Positions 50,001 to 62,488 of a stretch of DNA of 64,000 nt are shown here, in pieces. Below the pieces are notes generated by a model. It worked only from the letters and a program-made list of their open reading frames with translations. It ran no database searches and had not been told where the DNA came from. The translations under genes were made by a program, and so were the position numbers. Position 1 is the first letter of the stretch; the number at the start of each line of letters is the position of its first letter. This stretch comes from Piromyces finnis finn (Eukaryota > Fungi > Neocallimastigomycota), in contig MCFH01000075.1 of NCBI GenBank assembly GCA_002104945.1, positions 124,001 to 188,000 on the forward strand. The letters are read 5' to 3'.

Positions 50001-53000
50001 TAAAGAATAGAATGGAAAAATCTGATTTTATTAAGAACAATAGAGGTATTAATAATAATGCAGATTTACCAGATGAATTCCTTTCAGATATTTTTGATGA
50101 AATTGCTAATAATGAAATTGTTATGGAAGAAGAACAAGCTAGTAAAATTGCAAGAATTGCAAAGGGTCAACTCTTAACCGAACAAGAACGTAAGGAACTT
50201 TACCACAAAGAAATGGAAAAGATTCAAAAACTTAGTCAAGAATTGATTAAGGGTGGTTCCAATAACAAACGCAATGTTGATAAATACAAGATTGCTACTC
50301 AACGTGAAATTGTTAAGCCAATGTTTAGTGCTTCATGGTGCCCAATTATGGCTACACTTAGTTTAATTTTTGAAGACATTGATTACAATTATGAAAATGT
50401 TAGTGATGTTCGTAAAACTCGTGAAAATAATGAAATTTTAAGTGAACTTTGCCTTTTAGGTATTTCAGGTTCTATTAGAATTGCTAGTATATTTAACATG
50501 GCTATTGAAAGAAATGCTTTTATTTCAACTCTTACTAAGATGTCTGGTCTTTTCAATATTAATATTTCTAGTATCAGACCAAAGAATATTAAAGCAATTG
50601 AAATTTTAATTCAATTAGCTGCTACTTATGGCGAGTACTTTGATGATAATTGGTATGATTTCTTTATTTGCCTTTCTCAAATAGAAAGAATTCAATATTT
50701 ATATAAGCGTCAAAATCCAAATAGTAACGATAAAAATGCTGAAGGATCTGATCCAGTTTCAAATCCATCTAGCCCAATTGTTCCAGAACCAATTATTCCA
50801 AGAACTGTTTACATGGATTCATTAATGGAAAAGATTAATTCTCAATCTATAGTAATTTTAATTGATAAGGTCTTTTCTAATACTGTTTTATTGAGTGGTA
50901 CAGAAATAGTTCATTTCTGTAAATGTCTTTGTGATGTATCATTAGAAGAAGTTCAATTAAATAAAAAGCCAAGCCGTATGTCTGCTAGTATTTCCTCATC
51001 ACTCCCAAGAATGTATTCACTTCAAAAAATTGTTGAAATTACCTATTATAATATGGATAGAATTCGTTTGGAATTTGCTAAAATTTGGAATATTATTCAA
51101 CAACACTTTGTTATGGTTGGTTGTCATACAGATATGAATGTTGCATCTTTTGCTATTGATTCTTTACGTCAATTGACTATGAAATATCTTGAACGTTCTG
51201 AATTAACTCACTATCAAACTCAAAATGAATTCTTAAAGGGTTTTGATAGTATTATGCGTAAAACCGAATCAGTTGATATTAAGGAAATGATTATTCAAAG
51301 TATGTCTCATATTGTTTCCCTTCAAGTTGATAATATTCGTAGTGGTTGGAAGGGTATTTTCACAGTTCTTTCTCGTTCTGCTCAAAATAATAATAGTTTA
51401 AGTATTTTAGAAAACTCATTTAATTTAATGCAAGACATATTCCGTAGTTATAGTGACAAGGTTATTTCATCAGGTTCTTTTGTATCTTTTGTTACTAGTT
51501 TAAAGGACTTTTTACTTATTGATCAAGTTACTCCAATTGGTGAACGTATTATTATCAGTACTTTCACTTTACTTCAAGATTGTGTAAATCAAATTTCAGC
51601 TGCAAATCTTATTAAATCTAGAAGGGCTGAAAGCAAGAAAAATCTAATTAAAGAAAAATCCGAAGTTGATAGTAATATTGAAGTTGAAGAAGATAGTAGT
51701 ACCATTAAGGCTTTATTACAGATTTCAACTGAAGATCAATACTATTTAATGTGGTTCCCAATTCTTTCTACTTATTCCCAAATTTTAATAAGATCCAACA
51801 ATTCCACTGTAAAGAATCGTGCTTTAACTAGTTTATTTGATACTCTTGAAACCCTTGCTTCCACCTTATTTGATTCAAACTTCTGGAAGAATATTCAAAG
51901 AAGTGTTATTTTCCCTATCTTTGAAGATTTAATGGAACATGATGAAAATGATACTAATGGTAATCCATATGATTCTGAAATGATGGTTCCATCAGCTGAA
52001 AATCTTGAAAATTCATCCAAGATTCAAAATGAGGATCAAAACTTTACTTCTTCTTCTGCATTATGGACAAATGTCTTTTTACGCCTTTTAGATTTATTTA
52101 AACATCACATTCCTTCATTTAGCGAACATTCATATCTTATTAGTGGTTTTCTTGATCTAATTGTAAGTTTAGTTCAAAAGCCTCGTGATGAATTACAAAA
52201 TATGGGTGTAACCTTTTTACAGCAATTTTTACAAGAAAATGTTGAAAAAATTAGAGGGGATAATATTTGGAAAATTGTCACATCTGCTGTTGAAAAATGT
52301 TTTATTTTTACTGCTCCAGATGAAGAGGCCATGAATAAATCATCCGTAAGAGGTAATAAAGAAGCTTTGAAGAAGACTATGGAACAGATGACTGCAAAAT
52401 ATATTGTTCACCTTCGTCTTTTACAAGAAGTACATAAATTCTGTAATATATTAGTTCATCATCGTTTAGATGAAGAAGAAGGTGACGTTTTTATCGATGA
52501 AAAACATAAAAATATAATTTTTGATCATTTAAATAAACCCGAGTACTCTGAAGTTCCAATGATTTCAGTTATTCCAATTCCATACCAAACCCAATGGCTT
52601 AACCTCTTTTATAACTCTTACAAAACTTGTCATAGCTTGAATGAAGCTAAGATTCTTCAGTTATCTTCCTATCAACAACAAGGTATTACCGAACATATTC
52701 CATTGTTAATTGAAGTTATCAGTTTTTCATCGTATCTTCAACTTCTCTTCTGTATCTATTCCGTATACGGTGACAGTCGTGTTAACTCTAAAGATATTAT
52801 TGATAACAAACTTATTCCATTATGTATGGCAATTTTGAAATCTTTTGTTCGTTCAGAGTTAGAATCAAAGTATCAAAGCAAGATTCTTACTATTGTTAAA
52901 ATGATTTATGAAGAAATTATGAAGATTTCAGGATGGCAACATGCTCCAGGATCTAATAAGAAATTAACTTTGAAAGATAACGACAGTAATCTTTCCTTAG

Positions 53001-53342
53001 GTAGCATTGAAAATATTATTAGTAATGAAACTGTATATTCTAATGAATTACAGTCTACAGGAAATGCTATCAATACTACTAATGATACAGAGGGTACCTC
53101 CTCCCCATCCTCCTTACCTGTTGATAATAATCAAACTAATGAAGAATCCAATAAAATTGACTATCCAGAATTATGGGATGGAATAAGGAAAGAAATTCCA
53201 AGTTTCTTTAAATATTCTATTCCAATTGTTCAAATTATCAGTAACAGTAGAAATATTAATAACAATACCAACTATGCAGCTCAATTAGCTGATTTATCTC
53301 ATACTATAAAAGAATTTTACGAAATTGTAGCTTATAATTTTA

Positions 53343-53347
<5 letters not shown>
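47094..53347 (+). CDS. SEC7: Sec7/BIG-family ARF guanine-nucleotide exchange factor. Exons 47094-47419, 47512-53347
   Basis: DCB region (WEPFKLAC, QLRVLKALL), HUS box (YLNYDCD), Sec7 domain with the Glu finger FRLPGESQKIDRLM, AFSVIMLNTDQH, and HDS regions (YSLQKIVEITYYNMDRIR, NIRSGWK). Confidence 0.96.
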
Positions 53348-53377
<30 letters not shown>

Positions 53378-54216
53378 AAATTAATAGTATTAACGAAATC
53401 CAATGTTAACAGCAATAAAATTAAAAATTTTAATACAAATTAAAATAATCTCCTTCCTCCTCTCCTTCCTCCTCTCCTTCCCTTTTCCATTTTATATGTA
53501 CACTCTATACTACAGTACAGTAATATTTAATCGAATAAAACATGTACTTATACCTACATTTAAATATTAATAGAATTTAGTAATATACTACAATAACAAC
53601 AACAACAACAACAACTACTATTAATACAACTATCAGTAATAAAGAAAATAACAGAAAAAAAAAAAAAAAAAAAAAAAAGCTAACGAACAACTATACAATG
53701 CAAAGATAAATTCAACCTTCATATATTATTTTCTCATATATTGTATTTTTATAAATGATAAAATAAACAAAAGGATATAATCCAATATTTTTATTTTTTC
53801 ATATTATATTATAAAAAACAAATAAACAAAGACAAAAACAAAAACAAAAACAAAAACAAACAAACAAACAAACAAAAAAAAACATACAATAAATAATAAT
53901 AATAATAATAGAAATAATACAAATAAATAAAAATAACAAAAAATAATAATAGTAAAGGAAAACAACAACAACTATAGAAATGAAAACAATAAATATATAA
54001 AAAATAGAAAAAAAAAAAAAAAAAAAAAAGTCATAGAAAGACATTTTTATTCATCAATTTTTTTTTTCTTTATATTATAAAAATAAATTTATATTAATGT
54101 TTTTAAATATCCATACATATATTTTTATTCTTTTAAACATAATAATAAAATAATAATAATAATAAAAAAATTTTTTTTCTTTCTTTTTCCTTTATATTTT
54201 TTATTTAAATAATTAT

Positions 54217-54258
<42 letters not shown>

Positions 54259-54457
54259 GGCATCAAATATTTTAAACTTTATTATTAATTTAATTAAAAT
54301 TATAATACATGTAATAAAAAATTAAAAAATAAAAATAAAAATAAAAAAAATATGTTTAAATAAACACAAATGAATAAAATTTGGGTATAATGTATTCTAG
54401 TAATTTTAATTAAAGTAAGAAAGCCACTATCATACTAAAGTATAATAATTGTATTTG

Positions 54458-54981
54458 ACTTCCAATGGGACACCGAGCCAAAGATCAAAATTTTGTCATG
54501 GAACAAAATTATGATCTCCATTGGTTGCGCTGGCCCTCCTGGCCTGTCTTACTGTTTCTTCAGCATTGACGCTCTTGGATGTTGCTTCAAACCTTTTGAA
54601 CATTGACCATTGCTGGCCAATAGCAAAAGGCATGATTTTGGTTAGAAGTTCCGCGGTTACCGTCAAGAATGGTGTTCCTTCGTTAGTATCAGATTGAATC
54701 TGACGCTTACAAAGTTCTTTCCATTCCCTTGAATTGTAATTAATATTGTTAAAACTTCTTCCCCCAAGAAGGAATTTAAATATTTTACTGCACACACTAG
54801 AATAATCATACACATTAATATTCACCGGATTATTAGAACTATTACTATCATTAACTAAATTACTATCTAAATTAGAATTATTATCTTCACTATTGCTATC
54901 ATTACTAATATTATTATTTCTATTATTGTTATTATTACTATTGTTATTATTACTATTTCTATTATAAATAATTATAAATTC
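54458..54981 (-). mobile_element. GC-elevated island with an ATG-less open frame; probable 5'-truncated LINE-like ORF C-terminus plus 3' UTR
   Basis: The open frame 54981-54496 (N/S-rich, then KIFKFLLGGRSF..REWKELCKRQ..TPFLTVTAELLTKIMPFAIGQQWSMF) has no in-frame ATG upstream. It shares a core with 3944-3992, has a 14-bp hairpin at 54483-54516, and ends GGAAGT like island 1. The LINE call is inference. Confidence 0.4.
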
Positions 54982-55436
54982 CTACTGAAAAGTATTTATT
55001 AACATAAGCAAGATGTTAAAAAAATATGATTATATACTTTTTTCTTTTAGTGTATAAATTGGTAATACAATGCCTCTTTAAAGAATGAAATGTTTTTTTT
55101 TTATTTTGGATTGGATAAACTGAATATAAAAAATTAAAAATTAAATAAAATGACAGAATCATGATAATAAAATTTTGATAGAATTTTATTACATAACTAA
55201 TATATTTCATTATTAAAACATGATCAAATTCACTTTTTCTAAAACTTTAAAAAATTACCAAAAAATCTTAATAACCTTAATATAAATTATTTCCATTCCC
55301 ATTACTATCATATTAGAATCACACATTTTAATAAATAATAATCTTTTATATTTAATTCAACTTTTATTTAAGTTTTCTGAATCGAAACATATATAATAAA
55401 CACATATATGTTTTTATACATAATAATGTAATTAAT

Positions 55437-56399
55437 CTAGTTACGACGACCACGACGACCACCCTTTCTTCTGGTAGAGTCAGTTGGAATTGGAGTAACA
55501 TCTTCAATTCTACCGATCTTCATACCAGCTCTAGCTAAGGCTCTGATGGCAGCTTGACCACCTGGACCTGGGGTCTTGGTACCAACACCACCAGTAGCTC
55601 TGAGCTTAATGTGGACGGCGTTAATACCGAGTTCTTGGCAACGGGCAACAACATCTTGGCAAGCTAACATAGCAGCGTATGGAGAAGATTCATCACGATC
55701 AGCCTTAACCTTCATACCACCTATTTTTTTTTAAAATTTAAATTTACACAGAAAGATTATCAATTTCAATTCTTTTTAAAAAATTAAGTCTATCAGAGTA
55801 TGTGTTTTCAGCACTAATCCGATGTGACTTTATCATTTTTTTATAATTGTTTAATTTCTAATCTTTTCATTTAAAAAAAAGTACTGCTTTCTTTTTTTTT
55901 TGATTTAGATAATTAAAACAATTCAACCACAATCTGAAAATTTATGCCACATAACATTGTTCTGAATTTTCCACATTAACTGATAGACAAATCAACAATA
56001 ATATTGTATTTGTAAAACAATTATTTACCAGTAACTCTGACAAGGGTTTCTCTACCAGTTAAATCAGTAACGTGCTATTATTTAGAATATTATGTATTTA
56101 AACATAATAAATAATATTAATATTAACAAATTGTTTTACTCATTATATTACTATTATCATTACTTACAATGAAGGTATCGTTGAAACCGGCGTAGATGTG
56201 ACAGACACCGAAGACAATTTCTCCTTCCTTGACCTTTGGACCAAGTTGAACGACTTCTTGTTGTTTGGTAGCTTTACCGGCACGCTTGGACTATTATTTT
56301 AAATAATAATAATATAAATTCATTTAATATTTATTATCAAAATAAAAAAAATTCATCCATCCATTAATAATTTTTAATATTATTATCAAAACATACCAT
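55437..56399 (-). CDS. RPS14: 40S ribosomal protein S14 (uS11). Exons 56399-56397 (ATG), 56290-56168, 56074-56029, 55720-55437
   Basis: [49 protein letters not shown]...[24 protein letters not shown]; canonical splice sites. Confidence 0.97.
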
Positions 56400-56425
56400 T
56401 ATTACTAATTTTTTATTATAAAATC

Positions 56426-56433
56426 AAGAGAGA
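56426..56433 (-). promoter_or_regulatory. TCT/5'TOP-like TCTCTCTT upstream of RPS14
   Basis: 26 nt upstream of the ATG; fits YCTYTYY. Confidence 0.45.
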
Positions 56434-56777
56434 TTACTAACCGTATTAAGGTCAAGTTACTAATATTCATATGAAAAAAAATTATCCAATCATGAACCCA
56501 TTATCGATCCAATAAAATTTATGTATTAATCAAAATTTCAATTCATAATATAAAAATCAAGAGATTTTTATTATATAAAAATGTAAAAAAAAAATTTAAT
56601 TATTTATTACAAATACAAAAATCTAATATTGAAATGTACATTATAAATACATAAATACAATATATCATAAAATTATTGATTATATAAATCGTTAAATATT
56701 GGGAAAAACTATTTAATATTATTATAAAGTTGTATCATATATAAATAGATCTATTAATCTATAAAAAAATAATCAAT

Positions 56778-56825
<48 letters not shown>

Positions 56826-56918
56826 AGAAAATTTAGAAATAATAAATATACTTTTTTTTTTCTTTTTTTACATTTAGCCTTTTTTTAATTATTAAATAAA
56901 TGTAAGAGTGTAGTGTTA

Positions 56919-59900
56919 TTAAGAAAGATTATTTACTTCTTCAACTAATAAATCCCTTTCAGATTTTAATGAAGTAATTTGGTTATTAAGATAGTCAATA
57001 TTCTTTTGTTTTACAAATACTTTTTCTAAATCTGTTTTGTTTGTTTCAAGGATGGTTTTAATAAATTTAAATTGGTCTTTTAAGTCTGTATCATTACAAA
57101 GAGTATCGGTACTACCAATAATAGTTTGAATTCTTATTAAACTATTATTTATAGAACTAACCAATTCTAAGGTTGCGTTTCTAGTATCCATTGAATTGAG
57201 GTTCATGGATGAGGATGTTAATCTTGATAAAGAATTTTGTTTGGATAACAAATTCATGCTACTATTATATTTACTTACTTCTTTGAGTACCCTCTTTAAA
57301 CTACTTTCGATACCTACAATTCTAGAGTTATCAATGGAGGCTTCACGATCAAGACTAACATTACTGTATCTTAAGTTTGCTACATTTTGATAATCTATGT
57401 ACTCTACAGTTGTTGGATCAACAGCACACTTTAAAGAATTAGAATAGGTATTGATGATAATCTTTAATTCATCCATACGATTTTCAAGACTAGCTAAATC
57501 GTTCTTCTTTTCATCTTGATCTTCTATCATGAATTTTCTAATTTTTTCGGTTATTACTGTTAATAAATGTTGTTGGAAGAAGTTAATTTTATCATTCATA
57601 GCTTTAATAAGTTCAACGGTAATGTCATGATTTGATTGTTCTTGACCCTTAACCCTAGAAATTCTTGTTTCAATGTCTGATAAGGCAATTCTTACATCTC
57701 TCATAAACTTTTCGTAGTCATTAAGGATGAATGAATTACTGTTTGAGACGTTTGCTGCTGATGAAGATTTAGTATTCATTTCAATATATTCATAGAGTTC
57801 ATCAAGTTTTCTTGATAGATCATCATTTGCGATATTAATATAATTTTTACTTTCCATATTATTACATTCAAGTTGAGTCATCATTCTATTAACTAATTTA
57901 TGATTTGCATCTTGTTTAGCATTCATTTTTTCGGCAGCTGCTGTACAAAGTTCTAATAGCTTAACTTGTCGTTCATTCATAGCGTTCATTTCTTTTGTCA
58001 TGACATCTAATTTGCTTTCTAATTTTTCATCTAGAATTTTTTTAAAGGTAATTTCCATAGATTCTGGAATTTCCTTAGCAAAACGTTGTACTTCAGTACG
58101 GATTTCACTTAAACATTCTGCTTGAGTACCATTTTCTTCACTCATTCTTTGAACCTTTTCTTGAGATTCATCTACCATTTTTGCTAATTCTTGAGTTCTC
58201 TTTTCTACCATATCCTTTAAGGAATTTAAGGTTTCACTAAGGGCATATTGACCTTCTTCGTTCTTTTGAGTGGATTCTTTAACTTCACCAGAATAACAAT
58301 CTATTTTTTCATTTAATTTTTTAATGCCATTTGTGAAGATATCCTCGATTTTTTCTTGTTCACTGACCTTATTGTAGATCTTATCTAAGTTTTTGGTCAT
58401 ATTTTGGTTTAAATTTTTAATATGCATATTATTATTAGTAATTTGTTGGTTTGAATTTTCTAATTTGAAAAGAGAAAGTTCATCCTTTAATCTTGTAACT
58501 TCTCCTTCTAATTGTTTATTTGTTTCTTCTAAAGATTTAACATTTTTTTTATAATACTCTACTAATTCCATGAGTCTGCTATTTTCCGCTCTTAGGTTAG
58601 ATTCAGTAGTATGTAAATTATTAACTTCTTGTTGTAATAAATCATAAGCAGGTTTTGAAATTCTTGGTAGAAGTTGTTTAATTGCACTAATCCATTTTTC
58701 GGTATTTTCGTGTGAATTAGTGGCAAGATGCAAATCATGTTTTCTAAGATATAATTTAAATTCATAACGTTGGGAGGAATAACTATTTACTGAAGTTGAA
58801 TAATTAATATCTGTACATTCTGATAAATCAATGGTAGAACATGGTTGAGATAAGTTATCCTGTATAGTTATAAATTAATTAATTAATTAATATTTTGAAA
58901 CATAAATATTTATCAATTTTAGTATGCTTGAACAAAAAACTCAATTTTTTTTTTTTTATAGATAATCTAATGATACTTACATGTTCACTTTTATAGAAAC
59001 ATAAAATACCAGCTTTTGAATTTCTCTTTTTAGCAATCATATAATATTTTTTAAAATTCTAAAGGATAATTAAATATCAAAATATTATTTGTTTAATTAG
59101 TTATTATATTTTTAATTATGAAAATAATTGAAAATATAAAATATATAAATAATTTAATAAAAATTTCGTACTTGGAGTTGTTTTTTACGAAGAACCCATC
59201 CTTCCATTATAGTCTTTTTATTTTTTTGTATGTGTATTTGTGTATATAAATAAAATGAATTTAAAGTAACGAAAAAAAAAAGAAAAGACCAAATATATAT
59301 AAATATTATATAATTTAATATTTTATTTTTTTTTTAATGATAAACTAAATTAAAAATAAAAGAATCAAGCTTTAATTTTATTATTATTATTATTATTTTT
59401 TTTACCTCTGATGTGGATAAATTTAGAGTTCCACTATAAGCTATATTTGAAGTTGAACTTAAATTTGTGTTGGAATTCAAAGAATCATCAGTGTAGGAAT
59501 TGTTTTTATTTATGGATCCAATATTTGAATTAAAGGTACCGAAATCATTTTCTGATTCATCATCTATATTTGTATATGAATCATTAGCATCATTTATTGT
59601 TGTACCTTCTACCGATGTACCTTTTGAATTACTAATATCCATTTGTGAAGCTGCCATTGACATATCAACTAATGATCTTTATATATATGTATATGTATAA
59701 ATTAGTATAACTTTATGTCTTTAATTTTTACTGCTATTAAATTTAATTAAGCTTAATATATTAAAAATAATAATAATAATATAATAATTTTTTTTTTTTA
59801 ATCTTTATCTATATATTTTATTTAAAAATAATCAATAAATTAAAAAAAGGAAGAAATTATAATCATTACTTTGTATATTTTTGTGATTTTTGTTTTATTA

Positions 59901-60033
59901 ATGTTCCATTACGAGAAGCCTTGATTACAACAGGTGGTTTTGAACTGTTATCCACAGTCGAACTAGAATTTTGATTATCAATTGAATTATTTGGTGCTGT
60001 TTTTGCAGCCAAGTATGAATTTAAAGTACTCAT
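56919..60033 (-). CDS. PH-domain plus long coiled-coil protein. Exons 60033-59870, 59676-59406, 59213-59172, 59058-58981, 58859-56919
   Basis: The rebuilt PH domain reads MEGWVLRKKQLQNFKKYYMI...ILCFYKSE...TIDLSEC...YEFKL...LATNSHENTEKWISAIKQLL, followed by about 580 aa of heptad-rich sequence. In-frame GT-AG junctions. Confidence 0.8.
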
Positions 60034-61591
60034 TTTCTTTTTTTACTATATAATGATAATGTAATTATTTGTTTGAATTGACAAAAATTTGATTAGAAAT
60101 CAATTATTAACAATGGATTTATTGTTGTAGTTTATTCTCTTATTATATTATAATAAAAAAACGCTTATTATTGAATTTTATTTTTATAGATTAATTATTA
60201 AATATATATATATATATATATAACTAATTAGATGTTCGTTATTAAATTGATATATATATTTAATATTATTTTTGATATAAAAAAAATACTTTTTTAGAAT
60301 TTTTTTTTTTTTATTTTATATTTAAAATTTCAATTATTATTTTTTATAAAAAAAAAAATATTTTAAGAAAGAAATAAAATATCTTTTCAAAATTAAAGTT
60401 TAATTAATTAAATTAAAAAGGAGAAATTTTATAAATAAAGTAAAAAGAGAATAAATAGAATAAATAATAATTAATAATATTATATACAAAAGAAAAGTTT
60501 TTTTTTTTAAAGTATTTTTTGTAGAACAAGATAATACAAAAAATAAAAATTAAAAGTTAAAATAATAATAATGTATAATTAAAGTTATGGATGATTAATA
60601 AATTTGGTTGATAAATTTGTGTGTGTGAATTTAATTTTTAGATGTTGATTAAACTTTAATTATAATAAAATTGGATGTAAAAGAAATATAAATTTATTTT
60701 TTAACAAAAACTTTAATAATAATTATTAGAATAAGATGGCTCATGGTGGTTGCATTGCTCACAAATATTATATTTCAATTATGAACAATTCAATATTTTT
60801 TTTTTTAAAATAATCAGTTAAAAGTATTTTTTAGTATTGATTTATTTCTTTTCTCTATCGAAAATATTTATATATATATGATAAAAAGTTTCTTTTTTCA
60901 TCACACAAAACAATTTCATATAAAATATAGTTAATAGGTATAAGTGTTGTTAAAAAAAAAAAAAAAATGAGAATTACTAATAATCAAAATAATTAAAATA
61001 TTATATTGCCTTTCCTAGTATAATTAATTATTTTAATAAATAAATGTTATCATTTATTCCTACCTAAAATATAAAATGAATAATAGTAAATATGTTTTTT
61101 TTTTTTTAATTTTATTTTATTTTCATATTTATTTTTTCTTTGCTTATTAGCTTATTAATTAGAATATTCATTTAATAAAATAAAATATTATTATTTAAAA
61201 AATATACAATTTATAAATATAAATAAATACTATGATTAAATTAATATTGTTACTAATAATATTGTATAATACAGTTTAATGATATAAAAAACATTATATT
61301 AACAATAACATTTTTATTAAAAAAGAGAATTTCTAAAATATGAAAAATTTTATAAATAAAAGAATATACATACTTAAAAAAAAAATATTTATAATAAACT
61401 ATAATTATGTATTTTAAAATGATTAAATTCTTTTTTTGTTATTATATATGTCTTATTAAATTTTCTTTCTATATTCCCTCTTTTCTTGATAGTTGAATAT
61501 TTTGTTTAAAAAAATTTTCAATTGATAGAATTGAAGCTATACAATGGTTTGTTTTTTTATATTTCCGTTTCTTAAAAATTAAATACAGAAT

Positions 61592-62488
61592 TTATGGACA
61601 TTTCTTGACATTCTTTGGACGACCATTTGGTGATTTAGCAAAATTTTGGGTCCAATATAAACCTTTAACACCAGCACCAAAATGAGTATATTGTTTGTTT
61701 AAAATATTATTTTTATGACCTTTAATTGATATTGATGGATAATTATTATTTTTTATATATCATATATATTATTTAAAATTAATTTTATTACAATAGTAAT
61801 AAAAAGTGTTTTCGAGAGAATAATAAAATATAATAGAAAATATTTAAAATAAAAGTACCATAAATATTAGTTATTTATGAATTTGATAGTGTTTATTTTT
61901 TTTTTTTTACAAATTCGGTTAATTTAATAAAAAGTTTGCAAAAAAAAAAAAAAAAAAAAAATACCTTTAGAATTCATCCAAGCTTTCATAACCTTGCTAA
62001 TACTTTTTTGGTTGTAGGCAACATTTTCGGCACAAGCTCTTGGATTTTTGAAACCACTTTTCTTAATTCTTTTCATTGGAGTGGAATAACTACTACTACT
62101 TTCACTGTGGGTCATTTTCTTTTTCTTGTATTGATAATTACTGTGTTTTTGAGCACTAGAAGCTAATTGACTATATCATTCAATTAAACATTTATAATTA
62201 TCATTGAAAAAGCAACAATAATAATAACAATAGTAATAAAAAATGAAATATATATATTTATATGGACAATTAATATTTAGTTAATTTTTAAAAGAGGTAA
62301 AATTCAAATTTCTAAATTCCCTATATTCTATAAACAAATATTTACCTTGAGTAAGCAAGGTATGGAATACCTCTCTTTCCTCTTTCTTTATTAACCATAC
62401 AAATCATCTCACGATTTAATTGTTTTAAGGTTATAGCATAAGTATATGCGATAAAAAATAATAAAAGACAAAATTTTATGAAATTCAT
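61592..62488 (-). CDS. Secreted CAP/SCP-domain protein (YkwD-like). Exons 62488-62346, 62170-61965, 61719-61592
   Basis: Signal peptide MNFIKFCLLLFFIAYTYA, then VNKERGKRG, LASSAQKHS, CAENVAY, VMKAWMNSKGHKNNIL, YWTQNF. These are the canonical CAP motifs. Confidence 0.92.

Noticed and set aside
54600-54640. Plus-strand peptide NIDHCWPIAKG resembling an HNH motif
   Set aside because: It is a short frame antisense to the longer open frame, with no second His/Asn motif.
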